A stretch of DNA of 63,978 nucleotides, counting the filler, from Trypethelium eluteriae (Eukaryota): NCBI GenBank assembly GCA_051942245.1. It is 4 parts of 4 records of this genome, joined end to end, with 100 filler letters (N's around TTAATTAATTAA, not from the genome) between each part and the next. Parts side by side here need not be neighbours in the genome. Positions count along the whole stretch, not along the records: positions 1 to 16,907 come from JAVECL010000606.1; 3 more parts are not named here. One strand, given 5' to 3'. Shown here piece after piece: positions 1-11,139 of the stretch. The notes beneath the pieces were generated by a model. It saw nothing but the letters and a program-made list of their open reading frames with translations. It was not told where the DNA came from and searched no databases. How positions within the stretch are numbered: the first letter of the stretch is position 1; every line of letters starts with the position of its first letter. The position numbers and the translations under genes are program-made.

Positions 1-1899
1 GGAAAGGAGGAGGTTTGTCAGTGTGGGTGGAGGGTAGGTGGGGGTTGGTGGGAAAGGAGGAACTTACGGATGGCCATGAACTCTTCGGTGCTGTCTACGC
101 CGGCAGCAGAGATGATACTTTGCGCACCACCAGGGTGTTCATTCAGGAATGATGTGCCATCATAGACCTCACCATTTAAAACGAACCATGGGCTCTCTCC
201 GAACTCATGTTGTTTAAGCTCTTCTAGAGTGATCTGTCTGTTGAGTCCAGCTTTCGTCATTCTCACCTCTGCTGCCTGTGGTTCGACCGAGACAGTGGCG
301 TCCTCTCCACCAAGCCTCTCACCCCAGTATCCATTGGTCAGATTTCCGCCAGCCTTCTTTACCCTTTCCATCCATCCTCCAGGAATCAAGGCGGGCTGTG
401 TCGGGTGCTCGAACTTTAGGCTACGACCTTCGTTATGTATAACTATCCGGTACCAAGGGTTGTTCATCATCCCCAGGACTGACCAGTACAAATCTCGAGG
501 CTGAATATTCATACTCTCGTCCATCGCTCGCACGAAGATGTCTTGAGCATTCCGCAGCTCATCCGTCGATATTACGATATTCCAGAAACACCAACAGAAA
601 CAGCTTTCTCTCCATGACATATCAAGCAGTCCGCCACATAATGCTTGTGGACTGGCTTCTCGATATCGATCTTCGAGGTATTCGACGTTCGCCAATCTCC
701 ATGAATGTCCTTTGTCTAGCGAGATTTCGACTCTCGTCACTCTTCGACCACCACCCCCGTAGGCGTAACCTCGCACGTCATAATTGCTTTCGGCTGCTGG
801 AAGGCTCAACTGCTCGTCATGTGCTGGGAATGCTATCGCAGAATTGGTACTGAGGTCGTAAATTGCGTAACGCTCGTCTCTCCACCACTCCGGAGTCTGC
901 TGCGACTCTTCTGGCGATACAGAGGTACTAAAGATGGCTTAGCGAGATCTTTGCACATTGGTGGGGTCGATCTGCACATACGGAAGCACGCGATTATCGT
1001 AGATGTGGTACCAGTTGTCGCTTGGAGAATCAGTCAGAATAATCCTCTTCAGCCACTTCACGCTCCGTCCTCCGATTTGGCCAGGGATGACTACCCGAAG
1101 CGGTTTCCCGTGGTCGGGTCTTAGCATTTCCCCGTTCATCTTGTGAGCCAACATCATTCCCCGGTTTGGATCCATTACCCAATTGAGCTTTACTGATGTT
1201 CCGTAATACCCATTCGGCTTGATTTGTTAGCTAGAAGCGACAGTAAAAGACAAATTCAACTAAACTGACCAATTTATCTGCACCTTCCATGCACACGTAT
1301 CTCGCTTTTCTCAGCGGTTTGGCCCTCTTCAGGACTTGCGACATCACGACACCCGTGAATATCGCAGTGGAGACGCCGGCTGCTCCCCAAGAAAACCCCT
1401 TGGTCTTCCGAACAACATTTTGTTCTTTCCGTCGGTTTCCGGCGCATACAAAGGTGACGGGATACGTAACTTGTCCATACTGCTCTAGAAGATCTCTCAA
1501 TGTAAGAGTTAGTGGATTCTCGACCAGCCCTTCTACTGCGAATTTCCAGTCCAGAATGTCTCCATCCTCTACGCGTGGGACGGCTCCATGATTTCTTACA
1601 TAGAACAGTTCGGGGCTCGTCAGAAATCCTTCATTGTAAAGATCTGAAAGGGGCGCCTCAACATTGAAAGGATGCTTTCCAGTCAATCTTATTAAGCGAG
1701 GATCTCTTGGTAACCAGCCATCCGGAGTACCCTTGTCGTCTTTCAAAATTTCAGCTGGAATGAATGATGGAGGAGGAAGAGGAAGTGCTGCGGGTTCTAG
1801 TAGTGTAGAATCTCCTGCGTCGGTTTCGGGTGGAGTTGGAGGGAAATCCCCACTGACCCTTCGCAAATGAAGCTTTTCCTCTTGGGTAGGAACACCCAT
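1..1899 (-). CDS. niaD: Assimilatory nitrate reductase (Mo-cofactor, dimerisation and cytochrome b5 domains); 3' part lies beyond the window edge
   Basis: Motifs RLTGKHPFNVEAP, FYVRNHG, CAGNRRKEQN, GQIGGRSVKWL, WSVLGMMNNPWYR, b5 heme motif HPGG. ATG at 1899; GT-AG introns 1218-1269 and 928-981, and one starting at 67 that runs off the window. Confidence 0.95.
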
Positions 1900-2192
1900 T
1901 ACGAAATACACGAGAAATGAGTGTTTGTAATCAATCAATGGAGAAAGCAAGATATGAGAATGCTGCTGAAGAAAATAGTAAAACCACCTGAGTTTGCTAG
2001 GGCATTGTACAAAACCTAGGCCCAGCGTCTAGATTCATGCCCAAAGGCCTTTACTGAACACATTTCGTCATTCTAAAGACCAGGAGAAGAGCCCCAGTGA
2101 GGAGTGGCTTCGCTTGGCTTTGGCGGAGAAATGACAGGCATGATGAGCATGACATCGCGCAACGAGTCACCGGAGTGCAGGGCAAAGGATTG

Positions 2193-2429
2193 CCGCGGAA
2201 GTACTGGATTCGACAGATCGTGGGGAGATCGACTACTGGGTTTGTGATCAAGCAGTCCACTCCAGTCCCGAATCGAATGCTAACGGCGGTCGTGGCACTC
2301 GTGGCCCTCGTGGCACTGGAAGTTAAATCTCACCCGCCTTATCTTTGCCCACTAGACCCGATTGGGCCTCCCCTATCAACACCACGGTGGAGCAAATCAG
2401 AATCGAGCATTAGTATATTTGCATTATCA
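2193..2429 (-). promoter_or_regulatory. Putative nitrogen-regulation elements upstream of nitrate reductase (three HGATAR sites, one NirA/NIT4-like site)
   Basis: Minus-strand AGATAA (2339-2344), TGATAG (2373-2378), TGATAA (2424-2429) and TTCCGCGG (2193-2200, one mismatch to the NirA consensus CTCCGHGG), 300-530 bp upstream of the ATG. Short motifs can occur by chance. Confidence 0.4.
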
Positions 2430-2594
2430 TCCATGACCCATTGACCTTGTAGTGCAGTTAGACTTTGTCACTTCTCGTCTTTTCATCGTTTCCCTTGTTC
2501 TCCACGGTGCACCACCCGGACAATTTCTCCACCCACGACTCTGTTGTCAACCGCTCTTTCGCCGAGATGCTGTGAGCCGATAATGGAAAACAAT

Positions 2595-3309
2595 TCAGGA
2601 TTCGTCGATCATCGAGCGATCCGACAAGGGCTTCCTGGCCTTCTCTGCCTTCTTCCACTGCTTCTGTAACGTCTGGACATTGTACTTTCTCGAAGATCCT
2701 TTCTCTGCCATAAGGTCGCTGATCCTGGGCCATTTCTCTTTCTCAAACGCCGCTTCCACCTCAGCCTTCGATTCAATGAGGAGTTGGTTGTCGTTCTCGG
2801 TGAAGTTGTAGCCAGCAGCCTTGATGCGCGCGTAGCGGTTGCCCAGAGTGGATTTACCTGGGGTCTCGCCGGTCTGCCTGGTGTACCATTTACGGATCTG
2901 GTCCCAAGTCTTGCCCTTTTCCTGTGCACGTCTTAGTCAACAACCAGCAAGAGCCATTGAATCTGCCATACTTCGTATAAGAAAATAATGTCCTTGTCTA
3001 GCTGAGACAGCTCACCCGAACTCGACAGCATGATCGGCGTGCCCTTGTGCCTGGAGGCTCTATCCGGCTTGGGACTGCGTTCGTCCCTGCTCGCGGCGGT
3101 AGTGTCCGGAGTCTGGAGCGCGAATCAGTTAATGACTACTGCATATGAATGTAATCGCTGACAGTTTCCTTCCGTGGGACCTTAGAGAGGGGAACCGGTG
3201 TCGCCCCATCGTCGGAAATTTCTTGCTTCACGCGCTTCCTGGGTGTGACTGGCATCGCGATAGCCTCGTCATAATTAACAAAAGAGTCAAATCCACGGAA
3301 GTCGGTCAT
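2595..3309 (-). CDS. Myb/SANT-like repeat protein, 3 exons, 204 aa
   Basis: Exons 3309-3163, 3112-2972, 2921-2595 joined by two 50-nt GT-AG introns give one open frame: ...LDKDIIFLYEEKGKTWDQIRKWYTRQTGETPGKSTLGNRYARIK...FTENDNQLLIESKAEVEAAFEKEKWPRISDLM...TLQKQWKK; NLS-like TPRKRVK in exon 1. Confidence 0.7.
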
Positions 3310-4975
3310 TTCGTCAGGATCGCTCCGCAATATGTAAAGGTTTGCGTTGTCATGCGAGAAGCTCGAAATGAAGGATAATCTGAAGGATCGAGGTAAGATT
3401 TCGTGCAGAGTGAGCCATGGGTTTGACCATGTGAGTATTCATCCACCTCAGTGTTATGTATAGGTCAGGCGGTATGACTTTTCGAGAGAGTCCCCACTCT
3501 TTGCTCTTGTGTTGCACATTTCATGAATAGGTGATGGGTCCCCTTCCCACACTGGGTGTCATGAGAGGTGCCCAGCAGATTAGTCCGTGTCCAGATGCTA
3601 TGTTGCATGATGTCAATGTCCTGGCACTACCATACTCTTCTTTCTTTCTACATTCAAGAAGCTTTTGTGTCTCCCCTCAGATACTCTTGGAATCATGGCA
3701 CACTCATAGCACTGTACGTGTATGGACTTTCTCCGTTTTGTAGTAATTTTCGAGACAATACCCGCACAAATCATTTTGAGTGTTGGATTTCTGGATGATG
3801 ACACTCACATAATCTTTGGGATTGTAGTCGATTTATATCACATTTCCCCTATCGTTATAGGTTGTCCATGCAACGTCACGAATAGGAGAGGGGTTTTTTA
3901 CGTAAAAGCGGAGTCTAGCACGCGCCCGAGTGCACTCCCTCTTTGATCACTCGGACAGGTTACCACAAAGAGATCGGAGAAGGAAAAGTTTCGTCAAGTT
4001 TGTATGAGGTATTTGTTTTCTCCGTTTTATCGATCAAGATGTGGTCATCAGCCACCATTGCGTCTGGACTCTGAGAATCGAGACATTCTTCACCACCATC
4101 CGACATAGCAAGCACGATGTTTGTGTACACATCGACATAGTGATCAAACAGCACAACACGCGAACCTGTATGCTATTATGCTTCTGGGTTAGTCGTGTGA
4201 TCCTACTCAGTGCATTGCTCAGTCAATTGTAACATGCATGGTGCCCAAAGCCTTGAAGAAAACATTTCTATGTGTTGTCACCTTTGACTTGGTTTCAGCG
4301 AGTATTGAGTTGACCGCTGAGTGATTCTGGTCGGTATTCGTTCTTGCATTTCGTTCTTGCATTTCGTTCATCTCATCCTTCGCAGGTCTTAGACGAAAAG
4401 TCTCCGAGTAAATTCCGGTCCAAAACATGCCGCCTGTTACCTATAAACGTACGCAGGCTTTCCCGCACGATTTTGAAGGAGCTTTTCATCCAATGAGCGG
4501 CAGGCGCCGTCTTCCGTCACGGTTACTTGCAGCACAATTTTATTCATCCGACGTCAGGCTACCAAGCATCGGGTAACAGCGTGATCAGAAAGGAGTCGAG
4601 CCTTATGATGACCAAAGAGCCTTCTCCGAGGGTCATGTTAGATGAAGGCTTCACCGCAACTTGTGAGGTTTGCCACGTGCTACTGAACAAATGGATCTGT
4701 TTGCTAGGTCGCAGTGGTGTAATGTGTCGAGATGTCGCATAGAGCCCGAATCTTGCCTTAATCTTAGTTTGTGTCATAGCCATCAAGCCTAACGTTCTTT
4801 CAGTTTGTCCAGAGCAAGCAAGCGGTCTCCTATATATCCCGACTCTTGCCAATGTCTTGCAGTTGACCAGAGATCCATATTTGTACAGCATTAAACCTCC
4901 CTTGTTCTGCATTGTCTTCGCTGCGCTCATCTTGGAAAGTGCTACCCCTCAACCCATCTGGTGATAACCATCCCA

Positions 4976-6070
4976 ATGGCCCAGCTCATGACGTTAAGTC
5001 CACGGGCTCCGCACTATCCGGGAGACCTCATGGTTGCGTCCCTGAGCCCGGGTAGGCGCATTCCTCTTGACTGGCAAATCATAGAGAACTATCTCCCTGG
5101 TCTCACCCGAGATTTTGCACTCTCCTTGTATCGATCAAGCCCAGGCATCGACATTGACGAAATGGCGCAACAAGTTTGCGAACACAGCACTCCCAACTCT
5201 AATGTACTGGTTGTAAGGGATGCACTTCACCTTATTCTTCGCAACATCGCAAAGATGCATAATACAGGAGGGCCGGACCGAGTTCGACGCCCGCTCCAGA
5301 CCTGGCTCGGAAAATCCGTCGTATTCGAGCTCGAGGCACGGAACAGACGGGCTGCCGATTTTAGGGAGGCATTGAATCGCTTCCGCGGTTTGGTCGCAAT
5401 CTCAAATGCTTTCGCTTCAGAGTACATCGCCGCAGTCCTTTATGATTTCTTTATATCGCATTATGGTGTCCAAATATGTGCGACTTCAAGCAGGAAAGCC
5501 GCATTCAGATTCGCCCTTCTTTTGTTCTCCTTGCGACTCCTTCCGGATGCCGATGTCCTTTCATCTTTTCGACAAATCGTGCGAGGCAATCCATCACTGT
5601 TCAGTCGCCAAGTCCGAATGAATCGGTTCGCTAACCCACGATCTGCCGACATTTGGAGATTGATCGAGTGGGTTGGCGGTCACTGGGATGCTGTCTCTTT
5701 TGATGGACTCCCCGAAGGTCTCTCTCGTGTCCTGAATTTGCGGCGTCATCCGCGTCTCAACCCTCCTGACCGCTGGTACTCCCAGCCCAGCTCGCGTCCG
5801 TTATCTTGGGATGTTACTGACGTGGTATCACGCCCTCGACTCCCGCAAAGACTTTACACCACAGGCAGTCTTCATGGTCGTAGAAGTGAGAATGCTATTA
5901 TGGATATTGCAGATCACGTAGAACATCTTGATACGCGTCTTGCTTCTCTAGAGAACGACCACGACCGCGTGGTCAACACGCAGGAGAACCTAGTCGACTA
6001 TATGACAAACTCCGATCGATACCACAGGGACATCGATGGCGATAGCGATTGGTACGACAAGTGGGCCTAG
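4976..6070 (+). CDS. Hypothetical protein (~364 aa) with C-terminal coiled-coil-like segment
   Basis: Uninterrupted 1.1-kb ORF; first in-frame ATG at 4976; heptad-like IADHVEHLDTRLASLENDH; no family recognised. Confidence 0.6.
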   Translation: MAQLMTLSPRAPHYPGDLMVASLSPGRRIPLDWQIIENYLPGLTRDFALSLYRSSPGIDIDEMAQQVCEHSTPNSNVLVVRDALHLILRNIAKMHNTGGPDRVRRPLQTWLGKSVVFELEARNRRAADFREALNRFRGLVAISNAFASEYIAAVLYDFFISHYGVQICATSSRKAAFRFALLLFSLRLLPDADVLSSFRQIVRGNPSLFSRQVRMNRFANPRSADIWRLIEWVGGHWDAVSFDGLPEGLSRVLNLRRHPRLNPPDRWYSQPSSRPLSWDVTDVVSRPRLPQRLYTTGSLHGRRSENAIMDIADHVEHLDTRLASLENDHDRVVNTQENLVDYMTNSDRYHRDIDGDSDWYDKWA

Positions 6071-6540
6071 ACTGTTGCGCTGTCGAGTGGGAGATGATGG
6101 ATATAGAACTGCCGACCTTGTACCACTTCTTTTATCACCACTAGCAAAGTGCTGCGAATTAGAATAGACTTCTTGAGACGGAGCGAGACTTGCCTGTCAA
6201 TCTTCTAGTATTTGTTGATGTTGCCTGTTCGGGGACTCGTATATGTGGGCTTATTATTGCTTATCTTCTGAGGTTCGATAGAGAGACTGCACAAGAATCT
6301 ATGCTTGATTTCACTTGCCCAACCAAGACCATTCTTGTCAGACTGTAAATCACATCCCATTTTACCCCAGCGCCATGCTAATAGCAGAATTGATGTTCCC
6401 GAAACACGCCCAAAAGATCAGTTATTCTCTCTTAGTACCATCACCTCTCCCCCCCCGTCACCTCCCTATACCACCCCATCCTTCCATCCATCCACCTCTT
6501 CTCCCAACTTCCCCAACTCATCTTTCTCCCCTCTACCTCC

Positions 6541-7506
6541 CTACCTCAACCACCTCAACACCAACCAACAAAACCCAAAAAACACCAGCACCCCCGTCCA
6601 AAAGATCCACCGATCCTGCCGCGCCCGCCTCTCCACCATGCGAATCGTATCCCCGGAGATCCCCAGCGTATTCGCCACCGTATACAGCCGCTGCTGCGTC
6701 CCCTTCAGCACCTCGCGCTGCTGGCCCAAGTCGCCCAGCACCGCGCGCCCGCGTTCGAGGAACTCGTCCAGCTGCGCCCCCGTCTGCGACATGAACGACT
6801 GCTCCCGCAGCGCGTGCGCCTCGCGGCTGGCGTCGCTGGGCGAGGCGCCGAAGGGCGAGGATGAGCTTGACGGAGGAGGGAGCGCCGAGCTGGAGTATGG
6901 GTTTGAGCCGGGCGGGGGCGCGTTGTGTGGGTTTCGGTGTTGGAACAGTGGGTTCGTGCTTGTGGGGGAGGAGGAGGCGTACGGGTTTTCGGGCGTCGCG
7001 GTTTGGTGGGGGCGGCGGCCGAGGAGTTCGCTGCGGTCGGTGACGGTTTGCTGGGAGGATGGGTGAGCGTGCTGGGGAGTTGGGGGAGAGGCTGGGGAGA
7101 AAGGATGTTGGAGGAGATTTACCCGCTCATCCGACTCCTTTTTCAATCGGTCAAATTGTTCTCGATAGTCTGAAAGTTCGGTTCGGAAATTCTTGACTCG
7201 CTCGTAGGCTTTTTCTTGTTTTGCGGGTACGAGCTCCTGTTTGGAGAGTTTGGAGTATTCGTCAACCGTTCGCGAGAAGGATGTTAAGGAAGCGCTCAAT
7301 TGACCTATCTGCCGTCAGAATGTTGCCAATTTAGCTGTGTGGGATTGGATGTATACACCTTGAAGAGCAGGAGATGATGTTGAAGACTCAGCGAAGGCAT
7401 CGAGGTCTTTCCGAATGGAAGTGGACTGCCGTAATGCAGAATTAAATAAAGCATTCTAGACATTTTGGTAAGTTTCAATTTGCAAATCCGAAGAAGGATT
7501 TACCAT
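6541..7506 (-). CDS. BOS1: ER-Golgi SNARE Bos1/membrin
   Basis: ATG-only first exon (7504-7506), then NALFNSALRQSTSIRKDLDAF; SNARE motif QLDEFLERGRAVLGDLGQQREVLKGTQQRLYTVANTLGISGDTIRMVERRARQDRWIF and C-terminal TM anchor. Confidence 0.88.
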
Positions 7507-8070
7507 GATCAAAAGCCAAACTGTCCGATCTTTCGAATGGTGTTCTGGCTTGTCGTAAGGTCAAAACAATCTTCGGGGTTGAATGGCTAATTAAAGCCGA
7601 AGTAGTTCTCTAAACGTGGCAGGATCGCCGCCTGGAAATTATTTTGACACTTCTCACCGCCTTCTAGTACGGCTAAATTTCTGGTGTTTTGATCTAGATC
7701 AATATACATGTGAATCTCAGCCGACACTACCTAGGTAGGTTTGGAGGGAGTTCCTATCGTAGAGGCCAGAACCTTAGTCGAATTCGGTGAAATGGCCTTC
7801 ATACAGTCTCTATAGAACATTCACGGCATGACTTTCGCAGCTTTCATAGAAATTAAATTACTAACAACGAGATGATCTGCATTGAAAGGCCATGAAGGTG
7901 AAGATGGGAAAGAATCGCTATTGGAGGATTTCATAAGAAGGTGAACTGTCAAGACTGACTATATCTCTACTCCAAAGACAGAACGCTTTCTGAGATGCAG
8001 TCGAAACTAGGGGAGAGTTCCATAGAGGTAGCTCCTGTATGCAGACCTATCTCATACCGAAGAGGCGGAA

Positions 8071-8478
8071 TTACGAATCCGGCAGCTTATGGTTGTCAAA
8101 ACACCCCGAAATTTTCCAACTCTCGTTCTCCCTCAACAGCACAATAACGTTGGTACCATAATGGTTGAGCTTCCCATCAACAGTAAAGTTGAACTTCGCC
8201 CACGTCATGGCCAGGTTCTGGTCTATCATTACGACGGGATCGTGAATTGTCTCCTCTATGAGAACGTCCGGCGAGAAGTCTTTGATGCGCGTTTCCATCC
8301 TATCGGCCAATCCCGAGAGCGTTGATGCAATAACTCCACCAGGCCGTTCAAAGACGCCGCCGCCCTTGGGAATGATGTATTGACGCATTTTGTATGGCTC
8401 TCTGTTTTTGATGGTAGCCAAGAAGGATTCGATAACTGTGAGAATGGCGATCTTGTCTTCTTCGTACGTCGGTGTCAT
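8071..8478 (-). CDS. NTF2/SnoaL-like family protein (135 aa, intronless)
   Basis: EETIHDPVVMIDQNLAMTWAKFNFTVDGKLNHYGTNVIVLLRENESWKI matches the beta-meander and terminal WKI signature of the NTF2-like fold. Confidence 0.7.
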   Translation of the reverse strand: MTPTYEEDKIAILTVIESFLATIKNREPYKMRQYIIPKGGGVFERPGGVIASTLSGLADRMETRIKDFSPDVLIEETIHDPVVMIDQNLAMTWAKFNFTVDGKLNHYGTNVIVLLRENESWKISGCFDNHKLPDS

Positions 8479-9201
8479 TGTAAGTTTCCGGAAGCTTCTT
8501 GCAATGAGAAGAGGATAAGATCGTGCAAATTCCTACGTATCAGTCGATGTCGGGTTTCGTTAGGAACCGGCAAGGTAGTAGTTGGTGACTTTAGACCTTG
8601 GGATCATGAAAATACCTCTCCAGTGTGGAAGACTCTTAGTCCTCAAGTTAACCTGAGTACGAGAAACGCCAAACTTGAATACTGTTGTAGGTATGATCAA
8701 AACACATATCAAGCTAAGGACTTATCGGAGATAATGACGGATAATTATGGATTGCTGAGAGATCTATTTCTCTCACCGGTTGATATCTCCCTGGAGGATG
8801 GAAGACCTTTGTAAGTCCATGACCTAAGCCAAAGCTATCGCGAACCCAGTTAGCATCCAAACAGTACGAAAGTTCTAGCTGCAGTAGAGCAAAATAAGCC
8901 TTTTAAAGCATGCATACGTGGGTGTTGAGAGTAGGTACCCTCTGTTTGGACGCGTGAAGCCTTCCTAGGCCTGTCGGCGCGGCGAAGTTTCCCCCGGTCA
9001 CAGCTTCTAACTTATCCCTCTGAGTAGCCCTACTCCAGCGCGTTTTCGTGCAACTACTAATAATCGACCCAATTGAGACATATCCTACACTGACACCCAT
9101 ATTCCTGCATCCTCAGCGACTCTCAGGTGGACGAGGAACGCGCTGTGGGGGAATCCGTCGAGACCCGTATCTCATACGGCGTGTAGCGCCCAACCCTTAT
9201 C

Positions 9202-10533
9202 ATGTCCGCCGGGGCAAAGAAGATTGAACAATGGGAGGTTGAGCGGTACTGGGAAATATTTAGCTCTCTATCAAACGGAGGAACACATCTCAACGGCTCC
9301 CAGGCCGCAACGGTGCTCAAAAACAGTCAGCTACGAGACGATCAATTAGAGAAGGTGTGGGATCTAGCAGATGTGGACAACGATGGCAATCTCGACTTTG
9401 AGGAATTCTGTGTAGCTATGAGGCTAATATTTGACCTCGTTAATGGGGTATGTCCATTGCAAGTTTCGTCTTGACAGGATCCTCAATCCGCTCACCCCCG
9501 ACGCCCTCACTAAACTAGACCTTCCCTCTAGGAATACCGCGACGTTCCCCAAACACTTCCGGACTGGCTCGTTCCCGAATCAAAAGCTCACCTCGTGCAA
9601 GCCAATCGTGCCCTTACCGGCCGACAAGCCGCTTTCGAGCAAATCCAAGATGATGACGATGATGACGGCTCAGGCCTCAAATCCGGTTTTGACTGGTATA
9701 TGTCTCCAGGGGATAAATCTAAATACGAAGAAATCTACAGTACCTCGCGCGACCCGCGTACGGGTGACATCACCTTCGACTCACTCGAGCCTCTATACGC
9801 CTCCCTTGATGTACCAGACACGGATGTGCGCAGCGCATGGAACTTAGTGAACCCCGGAGCAAGGGAAGCGATAGGCAAGGATGCCGCCCTGGCATTTCTA
9901 CATGTGCTCAACGGACGACATGAGGGTTTTAGGATACCGCGGAGTGTGCCACCAAGCCTGAGGGCGAGCTTTGAAAGGGAAAATATTGATTACAATGTTG
10001 ATCGGGCAAATGCGATTAATGGATCGCGAAATGGGGCGGGCAGATGGACGGCTTCATCAAGAGAGGATACGACAACAGGACGGAAAGCAAGATTCGGAGA
10101 CACGTACTTGTCGAGATTGGGTGTTGGCGATCGTGGTTCCAATCGACCTAAGGGTACGGACTTTGGTGGGAGAACGACAGAGGACTGGGAAGAAGTGAGG
10201 CTGAAGAAACGATTAAAGGAGCTTGAGGGACAAATAACAAAGGTTGAAGAACAACAGAAGAAACGCTCTGAAGATGGCCGTAGGGCAGAGAGAAGTAAAC
10301 CCGCGTTGGTAAAGAGAGAGCTCGAACAGCTTCTGGATTGGAAGCGGCGAGAGCTGAAAGACCTTGAGCTGGGTGAAGGAAGAGCCAAAGTCGGGAAAGG
10401 CTTGAAGGGGATTGGAGATGAGATACAAACTGTACGAGAGCAGGTTGAGGGACTAGAAAGCCACCTGCGAACGCGCGAAGAAGTCTTGCGAGATCTGAGG
10501 AGCCAAATTGAAGCAGAGCGGCTCAATAGATAG
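9202..10533 (+). CDS. END3: Actin cytoskeleton-regulatory complex protein End3 (EH domains + coiled coil)
   Basis: [17 protein letters not shown]-hand [21 protein letters not shown], second EH domain [28 protein letters not shown]; intron 9448-9531. Confidence 0.92.
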
Positions 10534-11139
10534 CGTGTATATATTAACAATCTCTACATCCTATTACTATCAGTGCTTGTGAATGACCATGTCTAATCTT
10601 CACGCCACTCGTGGGTTTCTTTAGCACCTACTGTCATGATCACAATATGCCGGTGGTGGTCTTCGTCACACACTCATGAATTTGCAATCCATCTACTCTG
10701 TCACTTGCCCCTTTTCTCAAGGTTACTCCAGCATCCAGGGTATCCGCTCTCACACGTTTGGACAAAAAAAAGACTCCCCCCAAATTTGCTTGAACTTACA
10801 ACGTACTCAAAACGAGCATAGCTTTACGGTATGCGCTCGGTTGAGAAACGGGTTCCATTCCGTAAGTAGGCCAAGCTTGCCTTTCGCGCGACTTCCAATA
10901 TTTGTTGACTGAGGCCTCTTGATACAAACGTGGGTTTATTTGCGAATGAACGCCGCATTGTAGCGGTTTGTCTTTGTGGAACCTGGCGAACGCATGCGGG
11001 TGACTGTAGATTAGAAAACGGTAGCGGAATACAGTCAGAGCCTGAATGACGTACGGTAATCTCGCCCTAGGCTCTACTTCTGCGATGATGGTGATGAGGG
11101 AGAGCAGCATTACTTCGTTTGCAAACGCTCGATTTAGTC

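Noticed and set aside
3500..4930. Scattered short ORFs suggesting a gene
   Set aside because: No consistent spliced frame or recognisable motif found by eye.
6305..7066. Long antisense ORFs (253 aa here; also 17235-17942, 9990-10550, 28787-29302, 55001-55507)
   Set aside because: They shadow well-supported genes on the opposite strand in GC-rich, codon-biased DNA and have no motifs.
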